From Candidatus Latescibacterota bacterium (GTDB lineage: Bacteria > Latescibacterota > UBA2968 > GCA-2709665), in assembly GCA_965248435.1 (NCBI GenBank), contig OZ252100.1:5440001-5504000 (forward strand): a stretch of 64,000 nt of DNA, in the 5' to 3' direction. This document shows, one piece after another, positions 33,884 through 42,549 of the stretch (its first letter is position 1; every line of letters starts with the position of its first letter). Under the pieces are notes generated by a model that was not told where the DNA came from, did not search any database, and saw nothing but the letters and a program-made list of their open reading frames with translations. The position numbers were made by a program, and so were the translations under genes.

Positions 33884-34320
33884 CCGTCATCGAAAAGGTG
33901 ATGGTGCTGCAGAACGTAGACGATTTCTCTGAGGTGTCTACCGAACAGCTAGCCAATCTGGCGGCGATCTGTGATGAGGTAGAGTTTCCTTCTGGAAGAG
34001 CGATCTACAACGAGGGAGACCCGTCAGATGCAATGTACCTGGTATTGGAAGGCAAGGTTCGTCTACACGTGAACGAACTCGATGTCTCGATCGCGGGCCC
34101 GAACGCGGCATTTGGAACCTGGGCGCTGTTTGATGACGAGCTGCGCGTGACGACGGCCACGACGCTCGAGGAAACACGTCTTCTACGGATCTTCAAGGAG
34201 GATTTCATCGATGTGCTTGCCGAGCACGTGGAAGTCACGCGAGGGGTCCTGAAAGCCATGGTCAAAAGGCTCAGGGGTCTTGTGGGACGGGTGACTCCGA
34301 GAACAGGGAGTACGGGGTGA
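33877..34320 (+). CDS. Stand-alone cyclic-nucleotide-binding domain protein
   Basis: IYNEGDPSDAMYLVLEGKV, FGTWALFD...RVTTA; no HTH. Confidence 0.9.
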   Translation: MLAVIEKVMVLQNVDDFSEVSTEQLANLAAICDEVEFPSGRAIYNEGDPSDAMYLVLEGKVRLHVNELDVSIAGPNAAFGTWALFDDELRVTTATTLEETRLLRIFKEDFIDVLAEHVEVTRGVLKAMVKRLRGLVGRVTPRTGSTG

Positions 34321-34376
34321 GCGGCGCTGAAAATTCATTGGCTCGGAAACATCCACTAATCTCAGAGGGATAAACG

Positions 34377-34859
34377 ATGGAAAATCAGGAAGAGACTGGG
34401 CAAATTGTGATCGTCGATGACGAGGAGATGGTCCTGACAAGTATCAGATCATTTCTGACACTGGAAACCTCGTATGAAGTCGAGGCCTTTCTTTCGGCAA
34501 AAGAGGCCCTTCAGTTTATCGAGAAAGGTGATGTTGATCTTGTCATTTCGGACTACTTGATGCCCGAGATGGACGGAATCAGCTTTCTTGCCCAGGTCCG
34601 AGACCTCAAACCGGAAGTGCCTCGGATTATACTGACGGGCTATGCAGATAAAGAAAATGCGATTAAAGCCATAAACGAGGTCGGGCTTTTCCAGTACATC
34701 GAAAAGCCCTGGGAAAACGAAGATCTGCGAATCATCATCCGGAACGGACTGGAGAAGAAGAGGCTCATGTTGAGCCTCCAGGATAAGATCGATCAGATCA
34801 ACAAAGCCTACTCCGAACTCCAGTCTATCCAGCAAGAAGTGTTGAAGACGTTTGCATGA
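34377..34859 (+). CDS. Response regulator: receiver plus short coiled coil
   Basis: IVDDE, ISDYLMPEMDG, LTG, EKPW. Confidence 0.93.
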   Translation: MENQEETGQIVIVDDEEMVLTSIRSFLTLETSYEVEAFLSAKEALQFIEKGDVDLVISDYLMPEMDGISFLAQVRDLKPEVPRIILTGYADKENAIKAINEVGLFQYIEKPWENEDLRIIIRNGLEKKRLMLSLQDKIDQINKAYSELQSIQQEVLKTFA

Positions 34860-34887
34860 TCCGCGCAGCATTGCCCATAGGTCCCTG

Positions 34888-36447
34888 ATGAAACCCTCAA
34901 ACGAACAACTGCAAGCAATACTCGATGCAGTTCCGATTCCCCTGGTTATCACCCGGATGTCCGATGGAAAGGTCCTTTACGCAAACAGGCACCTCGGATC
35001 TCTCATGGGCTTGGAGCCATCTGAGTTGGTTGGACGCATAAGTCCGGATTTCTACCATGATCCCGAGGACCGAAAGATAATTGTGGAAAAACTGAAAGTG
35101 GATGGGCGTCTGGAGAACCACCAAGTGCGTCTTAAAACGAACGACGGCCGGGTTATCTGGACCCTTTTCTCACTGATTACCATGGAAATCGATGGCGAAA
35201 ACGCAATTGTCGGTGGTTTGTATGACATCACGACGCGGAAAGAGACCGAAGATGCCCTCCGCGATAGCGAGACACTGTTCCGCCAGTTGACGGACAACAT
35301 CAATGAGGTCTTCTGGATACGCGACCTCAAGAGGGATCGGGTTATCTATATCAGCCCTGCATATGAGAGAATATTTGGAAGGGATTCCGAAGAGATACTG
35401 AGGGATCCAGATGCGCTTATGGACGCTGTCCATAAAGATGACCGAGACCACCTGGAGCGGCACATCGCTCAGGAGCTACAAACGGGCCGTCGTGTAAGCC
35501 ATGAAATGGAGTTTCGAATCCTCCGGGGCGATGGAGAGGTTCGCTGGATGAGGACTCGAATCTTCCCGATTCGAAACGATGAAGGAGAGGTCGAGCGTGT
35601 CTGCGGGGTAAGTGAAGATTTCACAGAGCGAAAAGAGGTCCAGGCATCGCTGGAAAGGGCGAATCGAGAATTGAAGGAGACGCAGTCGCAATTGATACAG
35701 TCGGAGAAGATGGCGGCACTGGGCAATCTTGTTGCCGGCATTGCCCACGAAATCAACACACCGGTGGGGGCGATCAACAGCATGCACGATACGCTGGTTC
35801 GGGCTGTGCAGAAGCTGACAGCGTCGGTCGAAACGTCCACAGATCTCTCCGAAGATCAGACCATGCAGTCGACCCTGAAGGTGATTTCCGACGCGAACCG
35901 GGTGATTTCAACCGGCACAGAGCGTGTGATGGAAATCGTACGCGGTCTCCGGAGTTTCGCCAGGCTGGATGAGGCTGAGATGAAGGAGGTGGATATCCAC
36001 GGTGGTATTGAAGACACTCTGCCCCTGGTTCAGCACGATATGAAAGACCGAATAAGTGTCGTCAAAGATTACGGCGACATCCCGCCCATCGTCTGCTTTC
36101 CCAGCCGACTGAATCAAGTTTTTCTGAACATACTCGTGAATGCTGCGCACGCTATCAAAGGGGATGGCGTAATTACGATTTCGACGTCCGAGAAAGCAGG
36201 CAAGGTCTACGTAACGATCAAAGACACCGGAGTTGGCATTCCACCTGAGAATCTGGACAAGGTTTTCGATCCCGGATTCACGACAAAAGGGGTGGGTGTC
36301 GGAACGGGACTGGGCCTTTCGATCTGCTACCAGATCGTACAGGACCACAAAGGCGAGATTAAAGTGGAAAGCCGAGTCGAAAAAGGGACGACGTTTACTG
36401 TCGTCCTTCCGACTGACCTCGAGGAAGGCCCGGGGACCCAAACATGA
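34888..36447 (+). CDS. Cytoplasmic PAS-PAS histidine kinase
   Basis: Two PAS/PAC domains, AHEINTP, NQVFLN, DTGVG, FTTK, GTGLGL; start 34888 (ATG) or 34852 (TTG). Confidence 0.93.
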   Translation: MKPSNEQLQAILDAVPIPLVITRMSDGKVLYANRHLGSLMGLEPSELVGRISPDFYHDPEDRKIIVEKLKVDGRLENHQVRLKTNDGRVIWTLFSLITMEIDGENAIVGGLYDITTRKETEDALRDSETLFRQLTDNINEVFWIRDLKRDRVIYISPAYERIFGRDSEEILRDPDALMDAVHKDDRDHLERHIAQELQTGRRVSHEMEFRILRGDGEVRWMRTRIFPIRNDEGEVERVCGVSEDFTERKEVQASLERANRELKETQSQLIQSEKMAALGNLVAGIAHEINTPVGAINSMHDTLVRAVQKLTASVETSTDLSEDQTMQSTLKVISDANRVISTGTERVMEIVRGLRSFARLDEAEMKEVDIHGGIEDTLPLVQHDMKDRISVVKDYGDIPPIVCFPSRLNQVFLNILVNAAHAIKGDGVITISTSEKAGKVYVTIKDTGVGIPPENLDKVFDPGFTTKGVGVGTGLGLSICYQIVQDHKGEIKVESRVEKGTTFTVVLPTDLEEGPGTQT

Positions 36448-38966
36448 AATTCGTTAAGTCCCTTTCCCTTACCTGTCTAGGCTTGCTCTTGACGGCTTCT
36501 TCAGCCGGCGCAATCGTGCTGTCGGAGGAAGATCTGACCACCGGTGAAACAAACATTCACATCTTAAATTGGATTTCGAGTGGGTGGAAATATCGGCTCG
36601 GAGATGATCCAAGCTGGCGCGAGCCTGCGTATGATGATACCGGTTGGGACAGCCTGGCGACGCGTGACGATCCCTGGGCGATTCCAGACATCGATTGGGC
36701 GGGTCTGGGTTGGTTCCGACTGAATCTCTCTGTAGATCCGACGCTACTGGATCAGCCTCTGGTGATACTCTACTCACAGTACGGCGCAATGGAACTCTAC
36801 CTGGATGGGGAGCGGATCTACGGCCTCGGCAAAGTCGGAGACTCCGAAGCGACGGAGGAGGCCCACTTAATTTCAGTTAACCGGCCGAGGATGATTCCGA
36901 TTCGATTCAGCCATCATTCAGATCACGTGATCGCGATTCGGTATTCCAATTTTTGGAGCTTAGGGTATCGTCATTTAGATCCCCCTGCCCTGTTTGGTCT
37001 GGCAATTTCGAGGCCATCCGAGGGCCTGAAACAGTTGACGGCCCACAACAGAACCTTGACGGTTTATCAGATGCTTTTCTGTGTGCCACTGGCCTTCGCA
37101 CTCCTTCACCTTTTGCTTTTCCTTTTCTATCCCCAAACCAGGGAAAATCTTTACTACGCTGCCTTTGCAGCTAGTATTGCCGCACTCGTCTTCTCTCCCT
37201 TTCAAGCGGGACTTCAACAGAATCTTACGAATTTCCTGGTCGTTTTATGGGTATTCAAGCTCTCACTGATTCTTACTGCCGTATCGGGTGTCTACTTTCT
37301 CTATCAAGTATTTTTTGGTAGTTCACCTCGATTCTTCAAAGTCCTCCTGACAATTGGAATCATTCTGCTGCTTCTTGCCTGGTTCATTCCAGTCGAGTAT
37401 GTGTACGTCTTCGTCATCACGGCCTTGGCGGAGATGCTAAGAATCATATTCATCGCTGCGTGCAAGAGGAAAGAAGGTTCGAGGATCATTGGAGCGGGAT
37501 GCCTGGTATTCGTCGCGGCGTGCACCTATCAGGTTCTCATGGAAGTCCAAATGGTCGAGCAGAACTATGCCTTTCCCTACATCTATGGCATCCTCTGCTT
37601 TGTCGTGTCCATGTCGATTCATCTTGCACGGAGGTTTGCTCAGACAAGCAAAGACCTGAAGTCTCAGCTGATTCAAGTCCAGGAATTGTCCGGGAATCTG
37701 GAGGAAGCGAACGCGCGCCTCGAGGGTTACAGCCAAACCCTGGAACAGAGGGTAGACGCGCGAACTCGGGAAGTAAACGAAAAGAACGTCAAGCTGGAGG
37801 AAACCCTACACCGACTTGGTGAAAGCGAGGAACGATTTCGATCCTTAACGCAGTCTGCCAGCGATGCGATCGTTGTCGCAGACAGCTATGGGATCGTTGT
37901 TTCGCTAAACCGGGGTGCCGAGAGGATCTTTGGGTATAGAGAGGAGGAGGTTTTGGGCAAGGCACTGTCTCTGCTGATGCCTGAACGCTACAGAGAGGCC
38001 CATCTAAGGGGGATCAACCGCATGAGAGCCACGAGTGAATCCAAGATTATCGGAAAAGCGGTTGAGTTGCACGGGCTGAGGAAAGATGGTAGCGAATTTC
38101 CCCTGGAACTCTCCTTGGCGACCTGGACGACTGGAGAAAAAACCTTCTATGGCGGTATTATCCGTGACATCGCAGAGCGCAAACAGGCAGAGGAGGACCT
38201 CAAGGAGAAAGAAAGCCAACTTGTCGTACAGGAAAAGATGGCTTCACTGGGGAGTTTGGTTGCTGGCGTTGCTCACGAGATTAATACACCGGTTGGCGCA
38301 ATCAACAGCATGCACGACACATTAGTGAGAGGAGTAGACAAACTAAAAGGTGCCCTGCGGACGAGCTATCCTGTTGAGTTTGAGGAGAATAGAACCGTGC
38401 AATCTGCCATTCGGGTGATCGACGACGCGAATCGGGTGATTTCTACTGGCACGGATCGCGTGACAGAGATCGTCCGAAGTCTCCGGACTTTTGCACGGCT
38501 TGACGAAGCTGAGATGCAGCGGGTAGACATCCACGAAGGGATCAACAACACCCTGACGCTGGTCCATCATGATTTGAAAAACCGAATAGAGGTCGCAAAG
38601 GACTTTGGAGAGATCCCGCAGATTGTCTGTTATCCAAGCCGGTTAAATCAAGTGTTTCTGAACCTCCTCGTCAATGGCGCTCAGGCGATTGAGGGAGAGG
38701 GACAAATCACGATTTCGACCCGGCTGGTGAATGATATGCTGCACGTGGCTTTCAAAGACACGGGCGCAGGCATCCCGGAAGAAAATCTTGGCAAGGTCTT
38801 CGTTCCTGGATTCACGACTAAGGGTGTCGGCGTTGGGACGGGACTGGGGCTCTCTATCTGTTACCAGATCATTCAGGATCATCAGGGAGAAATCCAGGTC
38901 CAGAGCAAGGTGGGCGAGGGGACGACCTTCACAGTCATCCTTCCCATCGATTTGAAGGAAGACTGA
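36444..38966 (+). CDS. Membrane histidine kinase: extracellular sugar-binding-like domain, 7TM-DISM-like region, PAS, HisKA/HATPase
   Basis: Signal peptide, WKYRLGDD..W, GWFRL, about 7 TM, PAS, AHEINTP, GTGLGL. Confidence 0.9.
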   Translation: MKFVKSLSLTCLGLLLTASSAGAIVLSEEDLTTGETNIHILNWISSGWKYRLGDDPSWREPAYDDTGWDSLATRDDPWAIPDIDWAGLGWFRLNLSVDPTLLDQPLVILYSQYGAMELYLDGERIYGLGKVGDSEATEEAHLISVNRPRMIPIRFSHHSDHVIAIRYSNFWSLGYRHLDPPALFGLAISRPSEGLKQLTAHNRTLTVYQMLFCVPLAFALLHLLLFLFYPQTRENLYYAAFAASIAALVFSPFQAGLQQNLTNFLVVLWVFKLSLILTAVSGVYFLYQVFFGSSPRFFKVLLTIGIILLLLAWFIPVEYVYVFVITALAEMLRIIFIAACKRKEGSRIIGAGCLVFVAACTYQVLMEVQMVEQNYAFPYIYGILCFVVSMSIHLARRFAQTSKDLKSQLIQVQELSGNLEEANARLEGYSQTLEQRVDARTREVNEKNVKLEETLHRLGESEERFRSLTQSASDAIVVADSYGIVVSLNRGAERIFGYREEEVLGKALSLLMPERYREAHLRGINRMRATSESKIIGKAVELHGLRKDGSEFPLELSLATWTTGEKTFYGGIIRDIAERKQAEEDLKEKESQLVVQEKMASLGSLVAGVAHEINTPVGAINSMHDTLVRGVDKLKGALRTSYPVEFEENRTVQSAIRVIDDANRVISTGTDRVTEIVRSLRTFARLDEAEMQRVDIHEGINNTLTLVHHDLKNRIEVAKDFGEIPQIVCYPSRLNQVFLNLLVNGAQAIEGEGQITISTRLVNDMLHVAFKDTGAGIPEENLGKVFVPGFTTKGVGVGTGLGLSICYQIIQDHQGEIQVQSKVGEGTTFTVILPIDLKED

Positions 38967-39007
38967 TCGAACAGGGCATAAAGCGAGGCGGTAGTCAAGG
39001 AGATCAT

Positions 39008-41347
39008 ATGAAGCATAGGTTCTGGATCGGTTTCCTGGGGTTTGGCGGGGTAGGGGCCCTTCTCCTCCTAAGTCCACTGAATGCAGCTGACCTTCCTGTC
39101 GTCACCATCGGGATTGTCATAGACGGACCTTGGGAACGAAATGACGAGATCCTGACCCAATTTCAACACGAGATACTTGAGATTACACGAGGAGAATTCG
39201 ATGTGCGGTTTCCCCGGGAAAAGCTCATCCAGGCGGACTGGACTCAGCCTGGCGTCCGGTCCGCTCTGGACCGTCTGCTTGCCGACCGCGAGGTTGATCT
39301 TGTTGTCGCTTCGGGTGTCCTCGCTTCGAGTGACGTCTGCCGCCGCGGGCCACTGCCAAAACCCGTTGTTGCCCCTTTCATACTGGATCCGGCCGTACAG
39401 GGTATTCCACTAAGGAACGGGACAAGCGGCGTTCCTAACCTGAGTTACATCACCTTTCCTGCCGATTTCAAGTACGCCTTGAAAATTTTTCAGGATGTGG
39501 TTCCGTTCAGGCGGATGGCCGTTCTCTCGAGCCAGGCGATCTACGAAGGCATCCCTGAACTCAGAAGCAACCTGATCAAGGCAGCCGCTGAAACATTGGA
39601 TCTTACGATCGAAGTGATTCCGGTCGAACAAACCGTAGAACCTGCTCTGGCCGCGCTTCCGGAAGATGTGGAGGCCGTCTTTGTAGCGCCGCTGCTTCAA
39701 CTTTCTCCAGGCGAGTTCGACCGACTCGTTTCCGGGCTGATCGAACGACGTCTACCCAGTTATTCCGTGGTCGGAACAAGCGAGGTGAAGCGGGGTCTTT
39801 TGGTTGGGATCTCCCAGGACTTCGACATCCCCCGACTGGCAAGGCGTCTCGCGGTCAATGTTCAACGTATCCTTCTCGGGGAAGACCCCTCTTCGTTTTC
39901 TGTGATGTTCTCCCGTGGAGAGCGTTTGACGATCAACATGGCTACGGCTCGGGCGATAGGTGTCTCTCCGAGCTGGGGGGTGTTGACCGAGGCGGAGCTC
40001 GTCCGAGAAACGCGGGACGTACCCAGGAGGCTCACGCTGCTCAAGACGATAAAGGAAGCGCTCACCGCAAACCTCGATCTGGTAGCTCAAGGGCACTTCG
40101 TGGAGTCAGGTGTGCAGGGAGTGAACGAAGCTCGCTCCGTTCTACTTCCCCAGTTGGACGCCTCGGGCCTCGGGGTTGTGGTGGATGAAGATCTGGCGTC
40201 GCCCTTTCAGTCCGAGCGGAGTTTTTCGGGCTCGGCGAAGTTCCGCCAGCTGATCTATTCGCACACGGCATTTAAGAACTTTCAAGTTCAGAAGCGGCTC
40301 CAGCTATCTCGAGTGGCCGAAAGGGACCAGGTCAGGCTGGACATCATCCAGGAGGCCGCGACCGCCTACCTCAACCTGCTGCGCGCCAATACGTTCGAAC
40401 AAATCGGGAAAGACAACCTGAAGTTGACTCGTTCCAACCTCGAGCTGGCAAGGGTCCGCCAGTCTATCGGCTATTCTGGCCCCGGGGAGGTCTACCGGTG
40501 GGAAAGCCAGATCGCAACCGACCGTAACTCGGTGATTCAGGCCAATTCTCAGAGGAACCTCGCGGAGATTTCCGTGAATCGGGTCCTGCATCGCCCGTTG
40601 GAAGAGCCTTTCCAGACTGAACAGGTCGACACCCGAATGGAACGATACCGGAGCTACATGGGAGACCCCGGTGGCTTCAGGTTTTTCAGGAGCTTCATGG
40701 CGGATGAGGGGCTTGCCGCCTCACCGGAGCTGAAGCGACTGGATGCCGCGATCGCTGCTCAGAAGCAGGTGCTGCGGTCTGCGAATCAGGCATTTTGGTC
40801 TCCAACGATCACAGCAGAAGGGGAAGTCACCAACTTTCTTACCAGAGCTGGCGCCGGATCGGATCAACCCGCTCTGGGTGGAGATCGGTCTTGGACCCTC
40901 GGAATAAATATTTCCCTGCCAATTTTCAGTGGGGGTGGCAGGGTTGCAACCCGCCGGAAGGCCCAGGAGGACCTCACGCGGTTGAGACTCGAGCGGGAAG
41001 CCGCACGGGAGCGGATCGAGCAGCGCATTCGTTCTGCCATGCACGTTATGGGTGCTTCTTACGCGGGCATCAAGCTGTCACGCGATGCTGCTGACGCCGC
41101 AAGGAGAAACCGAGAGCTTTTGACGGATGCCTACTCCCGCGGAACGGTCTCCATTCTGGCCCTTTTGGACGCCCAGAATGCCGCCCTGGTGTCAGAACAA
41201 CGTGCGGCAAACGCAGTTTACGATTTTCTGATCGACTTGATTGAGGCGGAGCGTGCGGCTGGCAGGTTTACGCTCCTGATGGATGCGGAGGAGGTGGCGG
41301 CCTTCTTTGGTCGGCTGGATGCTTACAGGGAGCGGGCGGATGACTAG
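39008..41347 (+). CDS. TolC-family outer-membrane factor with N-terminal ABC substrate-binding-like domain
   Basis: N-half ends RLTINMATARAIGV (ABC_sub_bind-like); C-half OEP repeats AYLNLLRA, ISLPIFSGG, YSRGTVSILALLDAQ. Confidence 0.82.
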   Translation: MKHRFWIGFLGFGGVGALLLLSPLNAADLPVVTIGIVIDGPWERNDEILTQFQHEILEITRGEFDVRFPREKLIQADWTQPGVRSALDRLLADREVDLVVASGVLASSDVCRRGPLPKPVVAPFILDPAVQGIPLRNGTSGVPNLSYITFPADFKYALKIFQDVVPFRRMAVLSSQAIYEGIPELRSNLIKAAAETLDLTIEVIPVEQTVEPALAALPEDVEAVFVAPLLQLSPGEFDRLVSGLIERRLPSYSVVGTSEVKRGLLVGISQDFDIPRLARRLAVNVQRILLGEDPSSFSVMFSRGERLTINMATARAIGVSPSWGVLTEAELVRETRDVPRRLTLLKTIKEALTANLDLVAQGHFVESGVQGVNEARSVLLPQLDASGLGVVVDEDLASPFQSERSFSGSAKFRQLIYSHTAFKNFQVQKRLQLSRVAERDQVRLDIIQEAATAYLNLLRANTFEQIGKDNLKLTRSNLELARVRQSIGYSGPGEVYRWESQIATDRNSVIQANSQRNLAEISVNRVLHRPLEEPFQTEQVDTRMERYRSYMGDPGGFRFFRSFMADEGLAASPELKRLDAAIAAQKQVLRSANQAFWSPTITAEGEVTNFLTRAGAGSDQPALGGDRSWTLGINISLPIFSGGGRVATRRKAQEDLTRLRLEREAARERIEQRIRSAMHVMGASYAGIKLSRDAADAARRNRELLTDAYSRGTVSILALLDAQNAALVSEQRAANAVYDFLIDLIEAERAAGRFTLLMDAEEVAAFFGRLDAYRERADD

Positions 41348-41371
41348 CAGTTACCCTAGCCTTACGGAGGG

Positions 41372-42475
41372 ATGAAGATGCAACGGATTCAGCTTAACTG
41401 CTGCTTCACTGCGGCTCTGGCCGGTGCTTTACTCTTTTCTTGTGGAGAGGATAAGGAGCCACCCGCGCCGCTCATCCGACCCGTGCGTTACGTGCAGGTC
41501 TTTGCGACAGGGGGCGGTCGGGAACGCACGTTCTCGGGTATTTCAAAGGCCGCGCTTGAGTCCAAGCTCAGCTTCAAAGTCGCCGGGACGATCAGCAGGG
41601 TTGGCGTCAAGGTTGGCGACCGGGTCAAAGCGGGTGAAATGATCGCGGAGCTTGATCCGAAGGATTATGAATTAAAGGTGCAGGAGGCCGAGGCTTCTCG
41701 ACAGCGGGCAGAGGCCCAGGCTCGCAATGCAGAGGCGAGCTACAGTCGCGTAAGGGCACTTTACGAGAATCACAATGCCTCCAAGAACGACCTGGATGCC
41801 GCAAGAGCAGGTGCCGAATCGGCCAGTGCGCAGGTCAAATCTGCACAAAAGCGCCTTGAGTTGACCACCCTCCAATTGGGCTACGCGCGGCTGACTTCAC
41901 CCGTCGAGGGATCCATCGCCTCTGTTAACGTTGAGGAGAATGAGAATGTCACTACCGGACAACCGATTGCACTGATTACTTCGGGTTCCCAGCTGGAGGT
42001 GGAAGTCGCCATCCCGGAGATGCTGATTGCCCGGATTCAGGAGGGTGACCCTGTCTCTATCGGATTTGACGCGATACCCAAGGAGTCCTTCTCGGGAACG
42101 GTTACGGAGGTCGGCGTTGCATCTGTTGGAATGGCTACGACCTACCCGGTGGTCGTGACTTTGAATCGATACCATCCGGATTGCCGGCCCGGGATGGCGA
42201 CCGAAGTTCGCTTCGTATTTGGTTCCAGGTCAGGAAAACCGCGGATCATTGTGCCAGCGGTCTCCGTTGGAGAAGACCGGGACGGCAAATACGTCTACAC
42301 AGTGGATCGTGAAGAGGAAGGATTCGGGACAACAAGGCGGAGGAACGTCATGATTGGTGAGCTAACGGAGGCCGGCCTCGAGATTCATTCCGGGGTCGAC
42401 GACGGCGCACTCGTCGTAACGGCCGGCGTAACACGTATTCGAGATGGACAAAGGGTGAGATTGTTGGCGCAGTAG
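41372..42475 (+). CDS. RND periplasmic adaptor (MFP) lipoprotein
   Basis: Lipobox LFSC, LSFKVAGTI, VKVGDRVKAG, LTSPVEG, PGM. Confidence 0.93.
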   Translation: MKMQRIQLNCCFTAALAGALLFSCGEDKEPPAPLIRPVRYVQVFATGGGRERTFSGISKAALESKLSFKVAGTISRVGVKVGDRVKAGEMIAELDPKDYELKVQEAEASRQRAEAQARNAEASYSRVRALYENHNASKNDLDAARAGAESASAQVKSAQKRLELTTLQLGYARLTSPVEGSIASVNVEENENVTTGQPIALITSGSQLEVEVAIPEMLIARIQEGDPVSIGFDAIPKESFSGTVTEVGVASVGMATTYPVVVTLNRYHPDCRPGMATEVRFVFGSRSGKPRIIVPAVSVGEDRDGKYVYTVDREEEGFGTTRRRNVMIGELTEAGLEIHSGVDDGALVVTAGVTRIRDGQRVRLLAQ

Positions 42476-42549
42476 TGATTGATGACCCTGGATAGTGCTG
42501 TGAACCTGCTTTCCACGACACCCAACAGCCAAGACCCGACAACTACCTC

